Origin: a virus
Lineage: Duplodnaviria > Caudoviricetes
Length of the DNA: 37,751 nt
Strand: one strand, 5' to 3'
Virus record (IMG/VR): IMGVR_UViG_3300012953_000079
Coordinates: 1 to 37,751 of that record
Shown piece by piece: positions 10,309-18,988 of this stretch (position 1 is the stretch's first letter; each line of letters begins with the position of its first letter). The notes beneath the pieces are model-generated. The model made no database searches. It was not told where the DNA came from and saw nothing but the letters and a program-made list of their open reading frames with translations. The translations under genes were made by a program, and so were the position numbers.

Positions 10309-11790
10309 TTAAGCTTGCTGAGTAGCAGTCTTAAATAATACGAAGTTATTAGCTCCTTGAACACACAAACATCTTTCTGATAAGAAGTGTACATTCATTT
10401 CATCAGTAGAATCAGTATAAACTCCACCTACAGATCCAGTGATCCAAGATTTCATTTTTCTATCATCAGCTTCTGAAGCTCTATATCTTACGTGCAAGAA
10501 TGGTCTTTTGATATTTTTACCAAGTTGTTGATCATATACAGTTGAAGTACCTGCAGGAACAAGTACACCATCTATATTACCACCAAGACCTCTTGTAGTA
10601 GCATCATTTAAGTATTTCCAGTCAGTCTTATAAAAATCATAAGAACCTCTTCTGAAACCATTAAATCCTAAATTAAGTGCCATATCCTCACTGTTGTTAA
10701 ATACGCCAAAGTTAACGCCACCTGTTGAGTGTGGATTTAACCCTGCAAGCATATCATCAAAAGAAAGTGCAGTAGCTCTATTTAAGAAAAGCATATTTTC
10801 TTCTATAGCACCTTGCTTGTCTAAGTTTTTAAGAATTTCATCAAAATCCCCTAGAGATGTTCTTGCAGCACCATCTGAATTATCTAATGCATTTTCTCCA
10901 GAGTTAAAGTTTTGATAAATATTACCTCTTGACTCTATAGCAGCAAAAAGACCTTCTGTACCAACAAAACCTTCGTTTGCAGCAGTACCTGAGCCAGTAA
11001 CAGAGGCTAATTCACCTTCTATCATTGACATTTCAAGATAATCTTCAAATCTAAGTCTTGTTTCATGTTCTGATTTTAAATACCATAAGTATCCAGACGC
11101 TCCATTTTCAGTTGTTACTTCAACCCAGCCAATTTGTGCAGTATCAGAACCAGAGATAGAATATTTATCTTTGATAATGATAGGGTTGTTACTAAACTTC
11201 TGAAAACCTGCATCTATAGATCCATCCATACCAGCAGTTCCTTTTTTGAATTCTGAACCATATACAAATACTGAACAACTAACAGAACCACCAGATGTTA
11301 ATCCAGCTGCTGTTAATGTAGCACCTTTATAAGGAGCAATATCAAAAGTATTTGTAGCTACAGCTTTAACAACTCCTTTTACTACTTTATCAGCAGTCCA
11401 AGTAACCCCATCATTAGGGTGAGTTCCAGACTCTATAACTACAACAGTTTGTCCAACTCTAACAGCATGGCCATTAGATGTAACTCTATTGTTTGTTGCA
11501 GTATCAACGTTTACACCGCTATATGCAATATGTAATCTTCCTTGTTCTGACCAAATTATTTGATCTGAAGCAGAAGGAATTTCAGCACCGACCATACGAA
11601 GGAAAGAAGAAACAGATCTGTTACCATATCTTTCTACTTCTTTTTCGTATACATCGGGTAAAAATTGTTGAGCGAACGTTCCTCCACCTGACCCAGAGTC
11701 AAATGTTAGATAGTTGCCCGAAAACAACGTTTTTGTTGGAGTAGGCGTAAGTCCCGCAGGAAACGACCCACTCGTACTAAATAATCCCAT
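10309..11790 (-). CDS. Major capsid protein (493 aa)
   Basis: QQFLPDVYEKEVERYGNR, WSEQGRLH and GFRRGSYDFYKTDWKYLND motifs typical of Bacteroidetes podovirus capsids; terL-portal-scaffold-capsid order; followed by a terminator. Confidence 0.85.
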   Translation of the reverse strand: MGLFSTSGSFPAGLTPTPTKTLFSGNYLTFDSGSGGGTFAQQFLPDVYEKEVERYGNRSVSSFLRMVGAEIPSASDQIIWSEQGRLHIAYSGVNVDTATNNRVTSNGHAVRVGQTVVVIESGTHPNDGVTWTADKVVKGVVKAVATNTFDIAPYKGATLTAAGLTSGGSVSCSVFVYGSEFKKGTAGMDGSIDAGFQKFSNNPIIIKDKYSISGSDTAQIGWVEVTTENGASGYLWYLKSEHETRLRFEDYLEMSMIEGELASVTGSGTAANEGFVGTEGLFAAIESRGNIYQNFNSGENALDNSDGAARTSLGDFDEILKNLDKQGAIEENMLFLNRATALSFDDMLAGLNPHSTGGVNFGVFNNSEDMALNLGFNGFRRGSYDFYKTDWKYLNDATTRGLGGNIDGVLVPAGTSTVYDQQLGKNIKRPFLHVRYRASEADDRKMKSWITGSVGGVYTDSTDEMNVHFLSERCLCVQGANNFVLFKTATQQA

Positions 11791-11807
11791 TTTTTTTAAA
11801 TTTTAAG

Positions 11808-13112
11808 TTATTGTTTAAATCTTACTCTTAGTCTGTCAGCATCATCTCCACTTACAGCTTTAACTTTAAATCCTGCATTCGTAGTAACATCTTGATGAGT
11901 AGCTCGAGGTTCCATATCTATATTTTTAGATTTGGCCATAGACTCTTTAATAGCGTCTGCCTTTCCTTGCTCATAAAAATGATTAGCTATTGAATCAGCA
12001 TTCATTGCTGTAAACAAAGCTTTATGATAACCAGCAGCATCATTCATTTCGTTTTCTTTATTTACATATTTACTAACTAATGAATTAATATCTGACTGTG
12101 TATCTTTAATTTTGTTTGTATCTCTAACATTAAATCTATATCTGTTTTCGCCTACCTTATATTCAAAACCTTTGAAATTTTGGGAAAATACTTCATTTGT
12201 TTTTTGTTCAAATATTGATCTATGTCTTTGAGCTGTTTCCGTTGAGACTTGCTGCTCTTGTTTATAATCATCGTAGAATTTAACCGCTTCTCTTTGTTCT
12301 GGGGTTAACTTTGAGCTTAACTTAAGGTCATTGTAATATTTTTGCTTCAGACCTGTGAGATTTGACTTTGCTTCCGCGATTGATTCTTTCAATCTAAGCT
12401 TTTTTCTTTTAACATCTCTTTCTTCATCTTCTTCTTCGTCATAAGAAAAAGTGTCTTCCATTAAAAAGCTTATTTCTTCTTCAGATAAATGTGGTTTTGT
12501 TTGTCTATAGTGTTCACGCAAGACATCCATATCCTCCATTTTACTGTAATCTTTGTTTAATTTTACATAATCTTCAAGACTACCTCCAGTTTCATTCATA
12601 AATTCAACTAGTTTATTAATATTTTCCGGTAATTCTTGTGTTTCTTCTTTATTATTTACGTTTTTTGGCTCTTCTTTAAGCTTATTTGGAATATCTTTTA
12701 TTTTTTCTTGTAAACTTTTTTCTTCTTCTTCATTTACAAGTTCTAATATAGGCTCTTCTTTATTAGCTTTTTCTTCTTCTTGCTTAATTTTGCTAACACT
12801 TTCTCCGGAAGATTTTTCATCTTCTGTTTGCTTGTTTTCTTCACGAACTTCTCCGCTAGTTTCGGATTCGTTGCGTACAGGTACCTCATCTGTGCTTTGC
12901 TTTCCAGTGGCATCTTCTTCTTTTTTAAAATTACGTAAATCTATTTTTATTGTACCATCATCAGCAACTTCAGTTACTGATTTTTTTGGTTCTTCTTTTT
13001 TTTCTTCAACCTTTTCTTCAGCTTTAACTTCTTCTTTAGGTTGTTCTGTTGTTTCTTCAACTTTTTCTATTGGTTCAACAACAACTTCTTCTTGTTCTTT
13101 TTTATTTGACAT
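11808..13112 (-). CDS. Acidic scaffolding-like protein (434 aa)
   Basis: Glu/Lys-rich low-complexity N-half, helical C-half ending HFYEQGKADA; between portal and capsid. Confidence 0.6.
   Translation of the reverse strand: MSNKKEQEEVVVEPIEKVEETTEQPKEEVKAEEKVEEKKEEPKKSVTEVADDGTIKIDLRNFKKEEDATGKQSTDEVPVRNESETSGEVREENKQTEDEKSSGESVSKIKQEEEKANKEEPILELVNEEEEKSLQEKIKDIPNKLKEEPKNVNNKEETQELPENINKLVEFMNETGGSLEDYVKLNKDYSKMEDMDVLREHYRQTKPHLSEEEISFLMEDTFSYDEEEDEERDVKRKKLRLKESIAEAKSNLTGLKQKYYNDLKLSSKLTPEQREAVKFYDDYKQEQQVSTETAQRHRSIFEQKTNEVFSQNFKGFEYKVGENRYRFNVRDTNKIKDTQSDINSLVSKYVNKENEMNDAAGYHKALFTAMNADSIANHFYEQGKADAIKESMAKSKNIDMEPRATHQDVTTNAGFKVKAVSGDDADRLRVRFKQ
12743..12913 (-). CDS. Small basic protein overprinted in the +1 frame of the scaffold gene (56 aa, MPLESKAQMRYLYATNPKLAEKF...)
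   Basis: Hand-translated ATG-to-TAG ORF with A-rich leader and local GC/codon anomaly; resembles MPFKSxxQRRY(L/M)YAxxP small phage proteins. Confidence 0.6.
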   Translation of the reverse strand: MPLESKAQMRYLYATNPKLAEKFVKKTSKQKMKNLPEKVLAKLSKKKKKLIKKSLY

Positions 13113-13141
13113 GATAAAATATTATATAATTAATAAAGTTT

Positions 13142-15565
13142 CTAGCGAGGTTCAAATGCCTCTAAATTAAATCCGCTTCCCATTGTATCATTACCAGCAG
13201 ATTCAAATTCTTGCTCTCCTTTTCTATCTTTTCTTTGTTCAATTAATTTAGATTGCTGAGTAGCTTGAATTCTAGTCCTTTCGTCTTTCCTATCTTCTTT
13301 AAATTTTTCTTTGCTAGTAAAGGCTTCGGACTCTTTTTCTTTTAATGACATATTTAATTGAAATTCATATGACATTAATTCTTTTTTCAATTCTTTTTCT
13401 TGTTGTAACTTTTGTATTTCAAGACTTGACTCAAGTTGAGCTAATTCTGCTTTTTGTTGAGTTAATGCTTGTTGCTTTTGTACATCAGCTTCGGCTGCAG
13501 CTTGTGCTGCTTGTGCATTTGATTGAGTTTGCATTTGTATATTTTGTTGTTGACGTTGCAAATCATCATTCATTTTCTTTTTTCTTCTTACTTTTAATAA
13601 CTGATTAGCTAATTTAATATTTTTAATTTCTCTAATATCAATTGCATCTTCAAGAAATATTTGATCTTTTGAAAGAGCTGCTTGTATATTATTTTCAAGT
13701 CTTGCTTTTTCTTCTTCGTCTGGAGCAAGCTCTATAAATATTCCAAAATCATGCAAATGCATGTTCTTAATATCATCTAGCGTTCCAACATTAAATCTTC
13801 CTATTGAAGATATAAATGCTTCTCTGGTTGGTGAATATTCTAATATATCTGATATTCTTAAACTAACTGCTTCAGCAACTCTTGCTGTTAAATATAAACT
13901 AGCTTGTAATATATGTCTTGTAGCTGTATTTGAATTAGCAGCGGCTAACTTCTGTACACCAACTAAAGCATATTGGTCTGGCTTACTGCCATCTCTTGCT
14001 TCATTTAATCCGGTTACATCTCTTATCATTTGAAGATAATAATTATATGTTTGAATTAAAGAAGCTATTTTATTATTACCTCCATTAGATGTAAGTTCTT
14101 GTATTGGAACTTTAGCTGGGTTCATATCACCGTCTTGTGTTAGAGATCTACCAATAACAGAACCTGTTTGAAAAAACATATTTAATGCTTCTTGTGGATT
14201 ATAATTTGTACCATTACCTAAATCTATTTCAGCTAATCCATCTGCATCAAGATAAACACCATCTGGTATCATTCTTGACATTACTTGTTGTAATTTTAAA
14301 TGCGTTAATTGAATCATATCAGCAAAACTTGTAATTCTGCTAACTAAAGATTCAATTCTTCCTTTATATATTCTAGGTGCTACAATATGGTAATTCATCA
14401 TTACTTTTGTTGTATCACTTTTAGGTCTAATCATATTTTTAGCAAGACCCCATTTAAGAAGCTTGTTAACTCCTAATACATAAGCCCCATCATATACTAC
14501 GTCTATTGATCTGCTTGCTTTTTCGAAAAGAGTTTCAGCATCTTCTGGCGGATTGAATTGATCATTTTTTTGAATTGCTTTAGAAGCTCCTGTAGCCGTT
14601 GTTTTAATTTTGTAAACTTCATTGTTGTATGTTTTATAATTAAAGTATAATACTTGTATACTATTTGAATCTAATACGCTGTCTTCATTAATGTATCTAT
14701 TATGTGAAGATGCACTTTGGTAACCTTGACTTGATATTTTTTTAAGATCATCATCTGTTAATTCAGGAAATTGTTTTGCTATTTCGTTTATTGTTACAGA
14801 TTTTACTTCACCTATATAATAAATATCATCAAAATAAGGAGAATATGTGTATGAATATACTAAATCAGCAGGATCAACACATCTAACTTTAATACCTTCT
14901 GCTTTATTAAACTCATGTTTTACAGCCGCAATACCTAATGTAACTAAATCATAATTTACTTTTCTTTGTGTTAAATCATAATTATTTTGATTTAATATGG
15001 TATTTATAGCTTGTTCTTCTGCAATTTCTATAGCTTGTTTATATTCTGTTTGCATATGCAAAGATAGCTCTTGATCATCAGAAGGTAATTTATTAGGATC
15101 AGTACTAAATATATTTATTCCTAATTTTTCTTGTACATTATCATTAAATTGTTTTGCTTGCATATCATCCATAATTTTTTGAACATAATCTGTTCTTTCT
15201 TTTACAGATGAAGGATCTTGAGAAAAAGCTTTAATATCAAATAATCTATCTGACATACCATTTACAACTATATCTACAAATTTTGGTATAATTGGTACAG
15301 GTTTCCAGTCTAAATTTAAATAAGACAAATCACCATTAATAGATAATTCATCTTTATATTTTTTTACTGATTGTTCTCCTCTTGCATACAAACGAAGTCT
15401 ATGATATTCATCCCTATTGGAATAAAATCTTGTAGCACCATTGTCTCTTTTAAACCACTCGTGTTCAATTGCTTTTGCTACTTTTTCTCCATATTCAAAA
15501 GACGCTTTTTCTTCATCAGAAGCTATTTGACTAGGAAATGAACTTTTTAAAATTGTTTCAGCCAT
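13142..15565 (-). CDS. Portal protein (807 aa)
   Basis: YLNLDWKPVPIIPKFVDIVVNG and IRDVTGLNEARDG motifs, Gln-rich C-terminal coiled coil; immediately follows terminase. Confidence 0.85.
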   Translation of the reverse strand: MAETILKSSFPSQIASDEEKASFEYGEKVAKAIEHEWFKRDNGATRFYSNRDEYHRLRLYARGEQSVKKYKDELSINGDLSYLNLDWKPVPIIPKFVDIVVNGMSDRLFDIKAFSQDPSSVKERTDYVQKIMDDMQAKQFNDNVQEKLGINIFSTDPNKLPSDDQELSLHMQTEYKQAIEIAEEQAINTILNQNNYDLTQRKVNYDLVTLGIAAVKHEFNKAEGIKVRCVDPADLVYSYTYSPYFDDIYYIGEVKSVTINEIAKQFPELTDDDLKKISSQGYQSASSHNRYINEDSVLDSNSIQVLYFNYKTYNNEVYKIKTTATGASKAIQKNDQFNPPEDAETLFEKASRSIDVVYDGAYVLGVNKLLKWGLAKNMIRPKSDTTKVMMNYHIVAPRIYKGRIESLVSRITSFADMIQLTHLKLQQVMSRMIPDGVYLDADGLAEIDLGNGTNYNPQEALNMFFQTGSVIGRSLTQDGDMNPAKVPIQELTSNGGNNKIASLIQTYNYYLQMIRDVTGLNEARDGSKPDQYALVGVQKLAAANSNTATRHILQASLYLTARVAEAVSLRISDILEYSPTREAFISSIGRFNVGTLDDIKNMHLHDFGIFIELAPDEEEKARLENNIQAALSKDQIFLEDAIDIREIKNIKLANQLLKVRRKKKMNDDLQRQQQNIQMQTQSNAQAAQAAAEADVQKQQALTQQKAELAQLESSLEIQKLQQEKELKKELMSYEFQLNMSLKEKESEAFTSKEKFKEDRKDERTRIQATQQSKLIEQRKDRKGEQEFESAGNDTMGSGFNLEAFEPR

Positions 15566-15566
15566 G

Positions 15567-17774
15567 CTATTTTATTATTGTTGAATGAGATCCTTTATTA
15601 TTATATCTCGATATTTTAATATCTAAACTAGGTTTTATATATTTAGGTTTTGGATGATATAAATGTCTATTACACGCCATAATTGCTAAACCTGAACTTA
15701 TTGTTGCATCAAATTTAGTTCTTTTATTTATATCAAACTTAGCCCAATCATTAAGCGTATTATTAAAATATATGTTTCCACCGCCATTTTGGTCAATGCC
15801 AACATAATTATTTATATACGTTTCAATTGCAGCCGCGTGTGCTTGCTTTATGTCTTCTGATGTATTTGGAATACCTCCTATTTCTTTTTCTGTTATAGAC
15901 AATTTATTCCAAACTTTATCAGGTCTATTCATTGAATAGCCTCTGTATCCTCTTCTTTTTAAATGATATAATAATCTAGGTTTATTATTTTCTGCAAGTA
16001 CAGGCATACCATAATAAACTAAAGCCATTAATACATCTTCAAAAAACATTTCAGCTGTTTGAGGTCTTGCTACATATTCTAAAAAGAATGAATTAGCAGG
16101 AGCATCTTCCATACTAAACTTTGTTAATCCGTGTAAGGCTCCTTTTGAACCTTTTCCGTCTGTTGTTCCAGATATATCATATGAATCACATCCAAATGCA
16201 CCCATATGTTCATTACCTGGTGTTTTTATACCATTTTTTAGTACAATATTGTTTTCTAAATTTTTAGATGGTGTCCACGAAATAAAAAACCTACCGTTTT
16301 TATTTGGAGTAAACATTACTTTAGAATCTTTTATTCCGTTTTCCCAAGAAAAAGAACCTTGCGTAATATATCCTTTACGCATTAAATCATCATTATAATC
16401 AATCTGCTCATAAATTTTACTTAAATTGAATATACTGTTTTTAGTTTCATCTCTAAAAGCATGCTCCTCTGTTCTTGGAAATTGTCTATAATATTCATTT
16501 AAAGCATCACCATCGTGCTTTAATCCTTCAACTTCATTATTCCAAAAATCAATTACGCCGGTGTCAATAAATTCGCTATCGTTTCCAAGGACTTCTTTTT
16601 CAGGTGTTCCGAATACAGGATGTCCATAAGAATCAATGAATCCTTCGTAGTTCCATTCCATAGGTATGAACAAACTATATAATCCCGAGCTAGTCTGGCC
16701 ATTACGATTTCGTTTTGTGACATCTGAATCATAATAAAGTTTTTTAAAATTATCGCCTCCTTTATCTAATGAGTTTGATGTTGAACCCATCAAACATTTT
16801 CCTATTACTTTACTTCCAAGTCTGAGTGTTGTTTTTGTAACTCTCCAGTTATTTAAAATATTATCAGGTCTTTCCCATTTGCCAGATTCATCGTGTACTA
16901 AAATACGAAGCTTTTCCCCATCATAAGAGTTGTCACCTGTGTTTTTCCAGTCGATAGTGGTATCCAATCCCTCTGGAATGTCATTGTCAAACCCAACGGA
17001 AGCTTTGAGGTTATTCTTTGTAAGCTTTGACGCTGGAACTCTGTAAGCAAGCTCTGTCTTAGGTCTGTCCATACCATCTTGAATGGGTCGGAAGAAGAAA
17101 GGATAATTGGTACTAATTGGAACAACCTTGTCTGTAAACATTTTTTTAGCGTCTGCTCCAGACTTTGAAAGTATCCCAAATCGTGCATCTTTTGTAATTG
17201 TAGCTTGATTGACGGTTTCGCAACTTGCCATAAAAGAGAATCCTGATCTTCTATTTTTAAGATAGCATAATCCATAACACCTTTGGTCGGCTTTACAAGC
17301 TTCCCAAAATATATAGAATACTCTATTTGCTTCGCGAAAATCTGGTTTTCCAACGTCAATTTTTGTCCATTGCAAATACATGTAGTGAGTACCAGTAATA
17401 TAAGTGGGAACATTGTTGTTAATAAACCAAAACCCGTTTTCTCTTTTGTTAAATTCTTCATCAATATAATTGTACCATTTATTTTTAAAAACAGTAGGAT
17501 AAGTATCCCATTGAAATCTTGTTTTTATTTGATCTAGTTCTTTAGGATACACATGTGCTTCCCATCTATTATTTGTATTAGTTATTTTTTTTGGAGATGG
17601 TGGTAAAGCTATTTTTAAACTTTGTATTTCAATTATATCACCTATAGCACCTGTTTTACTAATAACAATTATATCATGCTCTTTATTATATCCATAATCC
17701 CATTTTTTTGCTTTGTTATATCTTTTTATAACATTTATTTTAATAGGATTAATTAATTTAATTAAATCGTACAT
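15567..17774 (-). CDS. terL: Terminase large subunit (735 aa)
   Basis: Walker A-like LKNRRSGFS, Walker B ILVHDESGKW, coupling motif GSTS, RNase H-like nuclease motifs FGCDSYD and FDATISSG. Confidence 0.9.
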   Translation of the reverse strand: MYDLIKLINPIKINVIKRYNKAKKWDYGYNKEHDIIVISKTGAIGDIIEIQSLKIALPPSPKKITNTNNRWEAHVYPKELDQIKTRFQWDTYPTVFKNKWYNYIDEEFNKRENGFWFINNNVPTYITGTHYMYLQWTKIDVGKPDFREANRVFYIFWEACKADQRCYGLCYLKNRRSGFSFMASCETVNQATITKDARFGILSKSGADAKKMFTDKVVPISTNYPFFFRPIQDGMDRPKTELAYRVPASKLTKNNLKASVGFDNDIPEGLDTTIDWKNTGDNSYDGEKLRILVHDESGKWERPDNILNNWRVTKTTLRLGSKVIGKCLMGSTSNSLDKGGDNFKKLYYDSDVTKRNRNGQTSSGLYSLFIPMEWNYEGFIDSYGHPVFGTPEKEVLGNDSEFIDTGVIDFWNNEVEGLKHDGDALNEYYRQFPRTEEHAFRDETKNSIFNLSKIYEQIDYNDDLMRKGYITQGSFSWENGIKDSKVMFTPNKNGRFFISWTPSKNLENNIVLKNGIKTPGNEHMGAFGCDSYDISGTTDGKGSKGALHGLTKFSMEDAPANSFFLEYVARPQTAEMFFEDVLMALVYYGMPVLAENNKPRLLYHLKRRGYRGYSMNRPDKVWNKLSITEKEIGGIPNTSEDIKQAHAAAIETYINNYVGIDQNGGGNIYFNNTLNDWAKFDINKRTKFDATISSGLAIMACNRHLYHPKPKYIKPSLDIKISRYNNKGSHSTIIK
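16553..16732 (-). CDS. Putative overprinted ORF B in the +1 frame of terL (59 aa, MIQMSQNEIVMARLARDYIVCSYLWNG...)
   Basis: Hand-translated; A/T-rich leader AAAAAACTTTATT-ATG; terL uses many C-ending codons across this span. Confidence 0.35.
   Translation of the reverse strand: MIQMSQNEIVMARLARDYIVCSYLWNGTTKDSLILMDILYSEHLKKKSLETIANLLTPA
16898..17461 (-). CDS. Putative overprinted ORF A in the +1 frame of terL (187 aa from ATG) with an N-terminal hydrophobic/lipoprotein-like signal
   Basis: About 560 nt without a stop in an AT-rich gene; atypical terL codons; MKNLTKEK-hydrophobic stretch-LTTC N-terminus. Confidence 0.4.
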   Translation of the reverse strand: MKNLTKEKTGFGLLTTMFPLILLVLTTCICNGQKLTLENQIFAKQIEYSIYFGKLVKPTKGVMDYAILKIEDQDSLLWQVAKPSIKLQLQKMHDLGYFQSLEQTLKKCLQTRLFQLVPIILSSSDPFKMVWTDLRQSLLTEFQRQSLQRITSKLPLGLTMTFQRDWIPLSTGKTQVTTLMMGKSFVF

Positions 17775-17779
17775 TCTAT

Positions 17780-18052
17780 CTATTTAGATCTTCTTTCAGC
17801 AAACCCTTTAAACGGTTTTTTTACATTATCAGAAACATCTATAACATTTTTTTCACTTTCAAGTCTAGTTAATATTTCAAAAGCATCAAATATTGCTAAT
17901 TTTTTTGTAGCTGCTGCATTTTTTAATCTATCTGCAGCTAAATCCTCATTAGGATCGTTTAAAATAATTTTTTCTTCTGCTACTTTTATTAACTCATCTA
18001 CTGCTTTATAACCAGCTTGGATTATATTCAATTTCATTTTTTTGTGTTCCAT
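17780..18052 (-). CDS. Putative terminase small subunit (90 aa)
   Basis: Small helical protein immediately upstream of terL; assignment mostly positional. Confidence 0.5.
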   Translation of the reverse strand: MEHKKMKLNIIQAGYKAVDELIKVAEEKIILNDPNEDLAADRLKNAAATKKLAIFDAFEILTRLESEKNVIDVSDNVKKPFKGFAERRSK

Positions 18053-18599
18053 AGTTTATTGCTATTGAATTATCAGGAACTCTATATAGTCTTTCATTAT
18101 CAAAAACAAACTCATATTCGCTGTTTTGTGTAAAGCCTACTAAATCATCTTTTTTAAGATTTAAGCTTCTTAAAAGTGGCGAAACGTGCTTTAAAACGCC
18201 TACAAGAGGCTTTTCTTTACTTTCGTTAAATTTATCTTGATTAAAAACTGGTTTTACAAAACTATAACCATCTATTGTTTTCCATTCATTATTTCTTTTA
18301 TATAAAAATATTTGATCTATATAACAAAAATATTTATTTTCTTTAAAAAAACTTGAACCATGTTTATCTATACCGTTCATACCATAGAATCTTCTAAATA
18401 TATTATGATGAACAATTACTTCATCATTTATTTTTAAAACAGAATTATTAATTGGTGTTTCAATTATTTTGCCTATTCTATTTACAAATTTATGATCTTC
18501 TATTGAGGTATTTAAAATTAATTCCTTTTTATCAACTTGTTTTTTATTGTTATACACACCATTTACTGGAGATATAATATAACAATGAAGATGTTTCAT
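18006..18599 (-). CDS. Tandem GroES-like (co-chaperonin fold) protein (197 aa)
   Basis: Two GroES-like units: YIISP...ELILNT...GKIIETP...LKINDEVIVH and YSFVKP...VGVL...LKKDDLVGF...EYEFVFDNERLYRV...I. Confidence 0.55.
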   Translation of the reverse strand: MKHLHCYIISPVNGVYNNKKQVDKKELILNTSIEDHKFVNRIGKIIETPINNSVLKINDEVIVHHNIFRRFYGMNGIDKHGSSFFKENKYFCYIDQIFLYKRNNEWKTIDGYSFVKPVFNQDKFNESKEKPLVGVLKHVSPLLRSLNLKKDDLVGFTQNSEYEFVFDNERLYRVPDNSIAINYGTQKNEIEYNPSWL

Positions 18600-18817
18600 T
18601 AATATTCTAAATTATATTCAACTGCTATTGCCATATTTTTATTAAAGTTTTTCCAAGGTAACACCTCTTCTTCTTTTTCTATATAAATATTATAGCATTC
18701 ATCTTCTTCAATAATTTCAACTATTCTATGCCCTCCAAATACTTCTTGGCCAATAGAGTAATGCATTGCATCATTTTTATAATCTCTACCAATACTAATT
18801 TTTCTTATTAGATTCAT
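18599..18817 (-). CDS. Conserved hypothetical protein (72 aa)
   Basis: ATG ORF whose stop overlaps the next start (TAATG). Confidence 0.65.
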   Translation of the reverse strand: MNLIRKISIGRDYKNDAMHYSIGQEVFGGHRIVEIIEEDECYNIYIEKEEEVLPWKNFNKNMAIAVEYNLEY

Positions 18818-18953
18818 TTTTATTTTCCTTTAAATTTTCGCAATCGTTTAATATTTTAACTATTGCATTCACTCTATTTAATTCTCTTATAGGCATATCA
18901 TTTAAAATACCTACAACTTTATTTATATCTTCTTGTGTTAATTTTTTATCCAT
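18795..18953 (-). CDS. Hypothetical protein (52 aa, MDKKLTQEDINKVVGILNDMP...)
   Basis: Hand-translated ORF below the track threshold; fills the gap behind a promoter motif; A-rich leader. Confidence 0.6.
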   Translation of the reverse strand: MDKKLTQEDINKVVGILNDMPIRELNRVNAIVKILNDCENLKENKNESNKKN

Positions 18954-18974
18954 AGTATTAAATTTTATTATTAA

Positions 18975-18986
18975 TTACAAATATAA
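18975..18986 (-). promoter_or_regulatory. Bacteroidetes-type -7 promoter element (TTATATTTGTAA) ahead of the packaging/head genes
   Basis: Contains the TAnnTTTG consensus; identical 12-mer at 31868-31879; no clear -33 element seen. Confidence 0.5.
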
Positions 18987-18988
18987 TA

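Noticed and set aside
10209-10394. 61-aa ORF and the extended 269-aa start at 10279
   Set aside because: Both run through the capsid terminator hairpin; the ATG at 10234 is the better start
12240-12560. Further overprinted ORF in the mildly GC-richer middle of the scaffold gene
   Set aside because: The +1 frame contains several stops; only very short peptides are possible
15567-17774. Intron or intein in terL to explain the GC-rich patches
   Set aside because: The reading frame is continuous through the conserved ATPase motifs; no intein splice motifs or homing endonuclease seen
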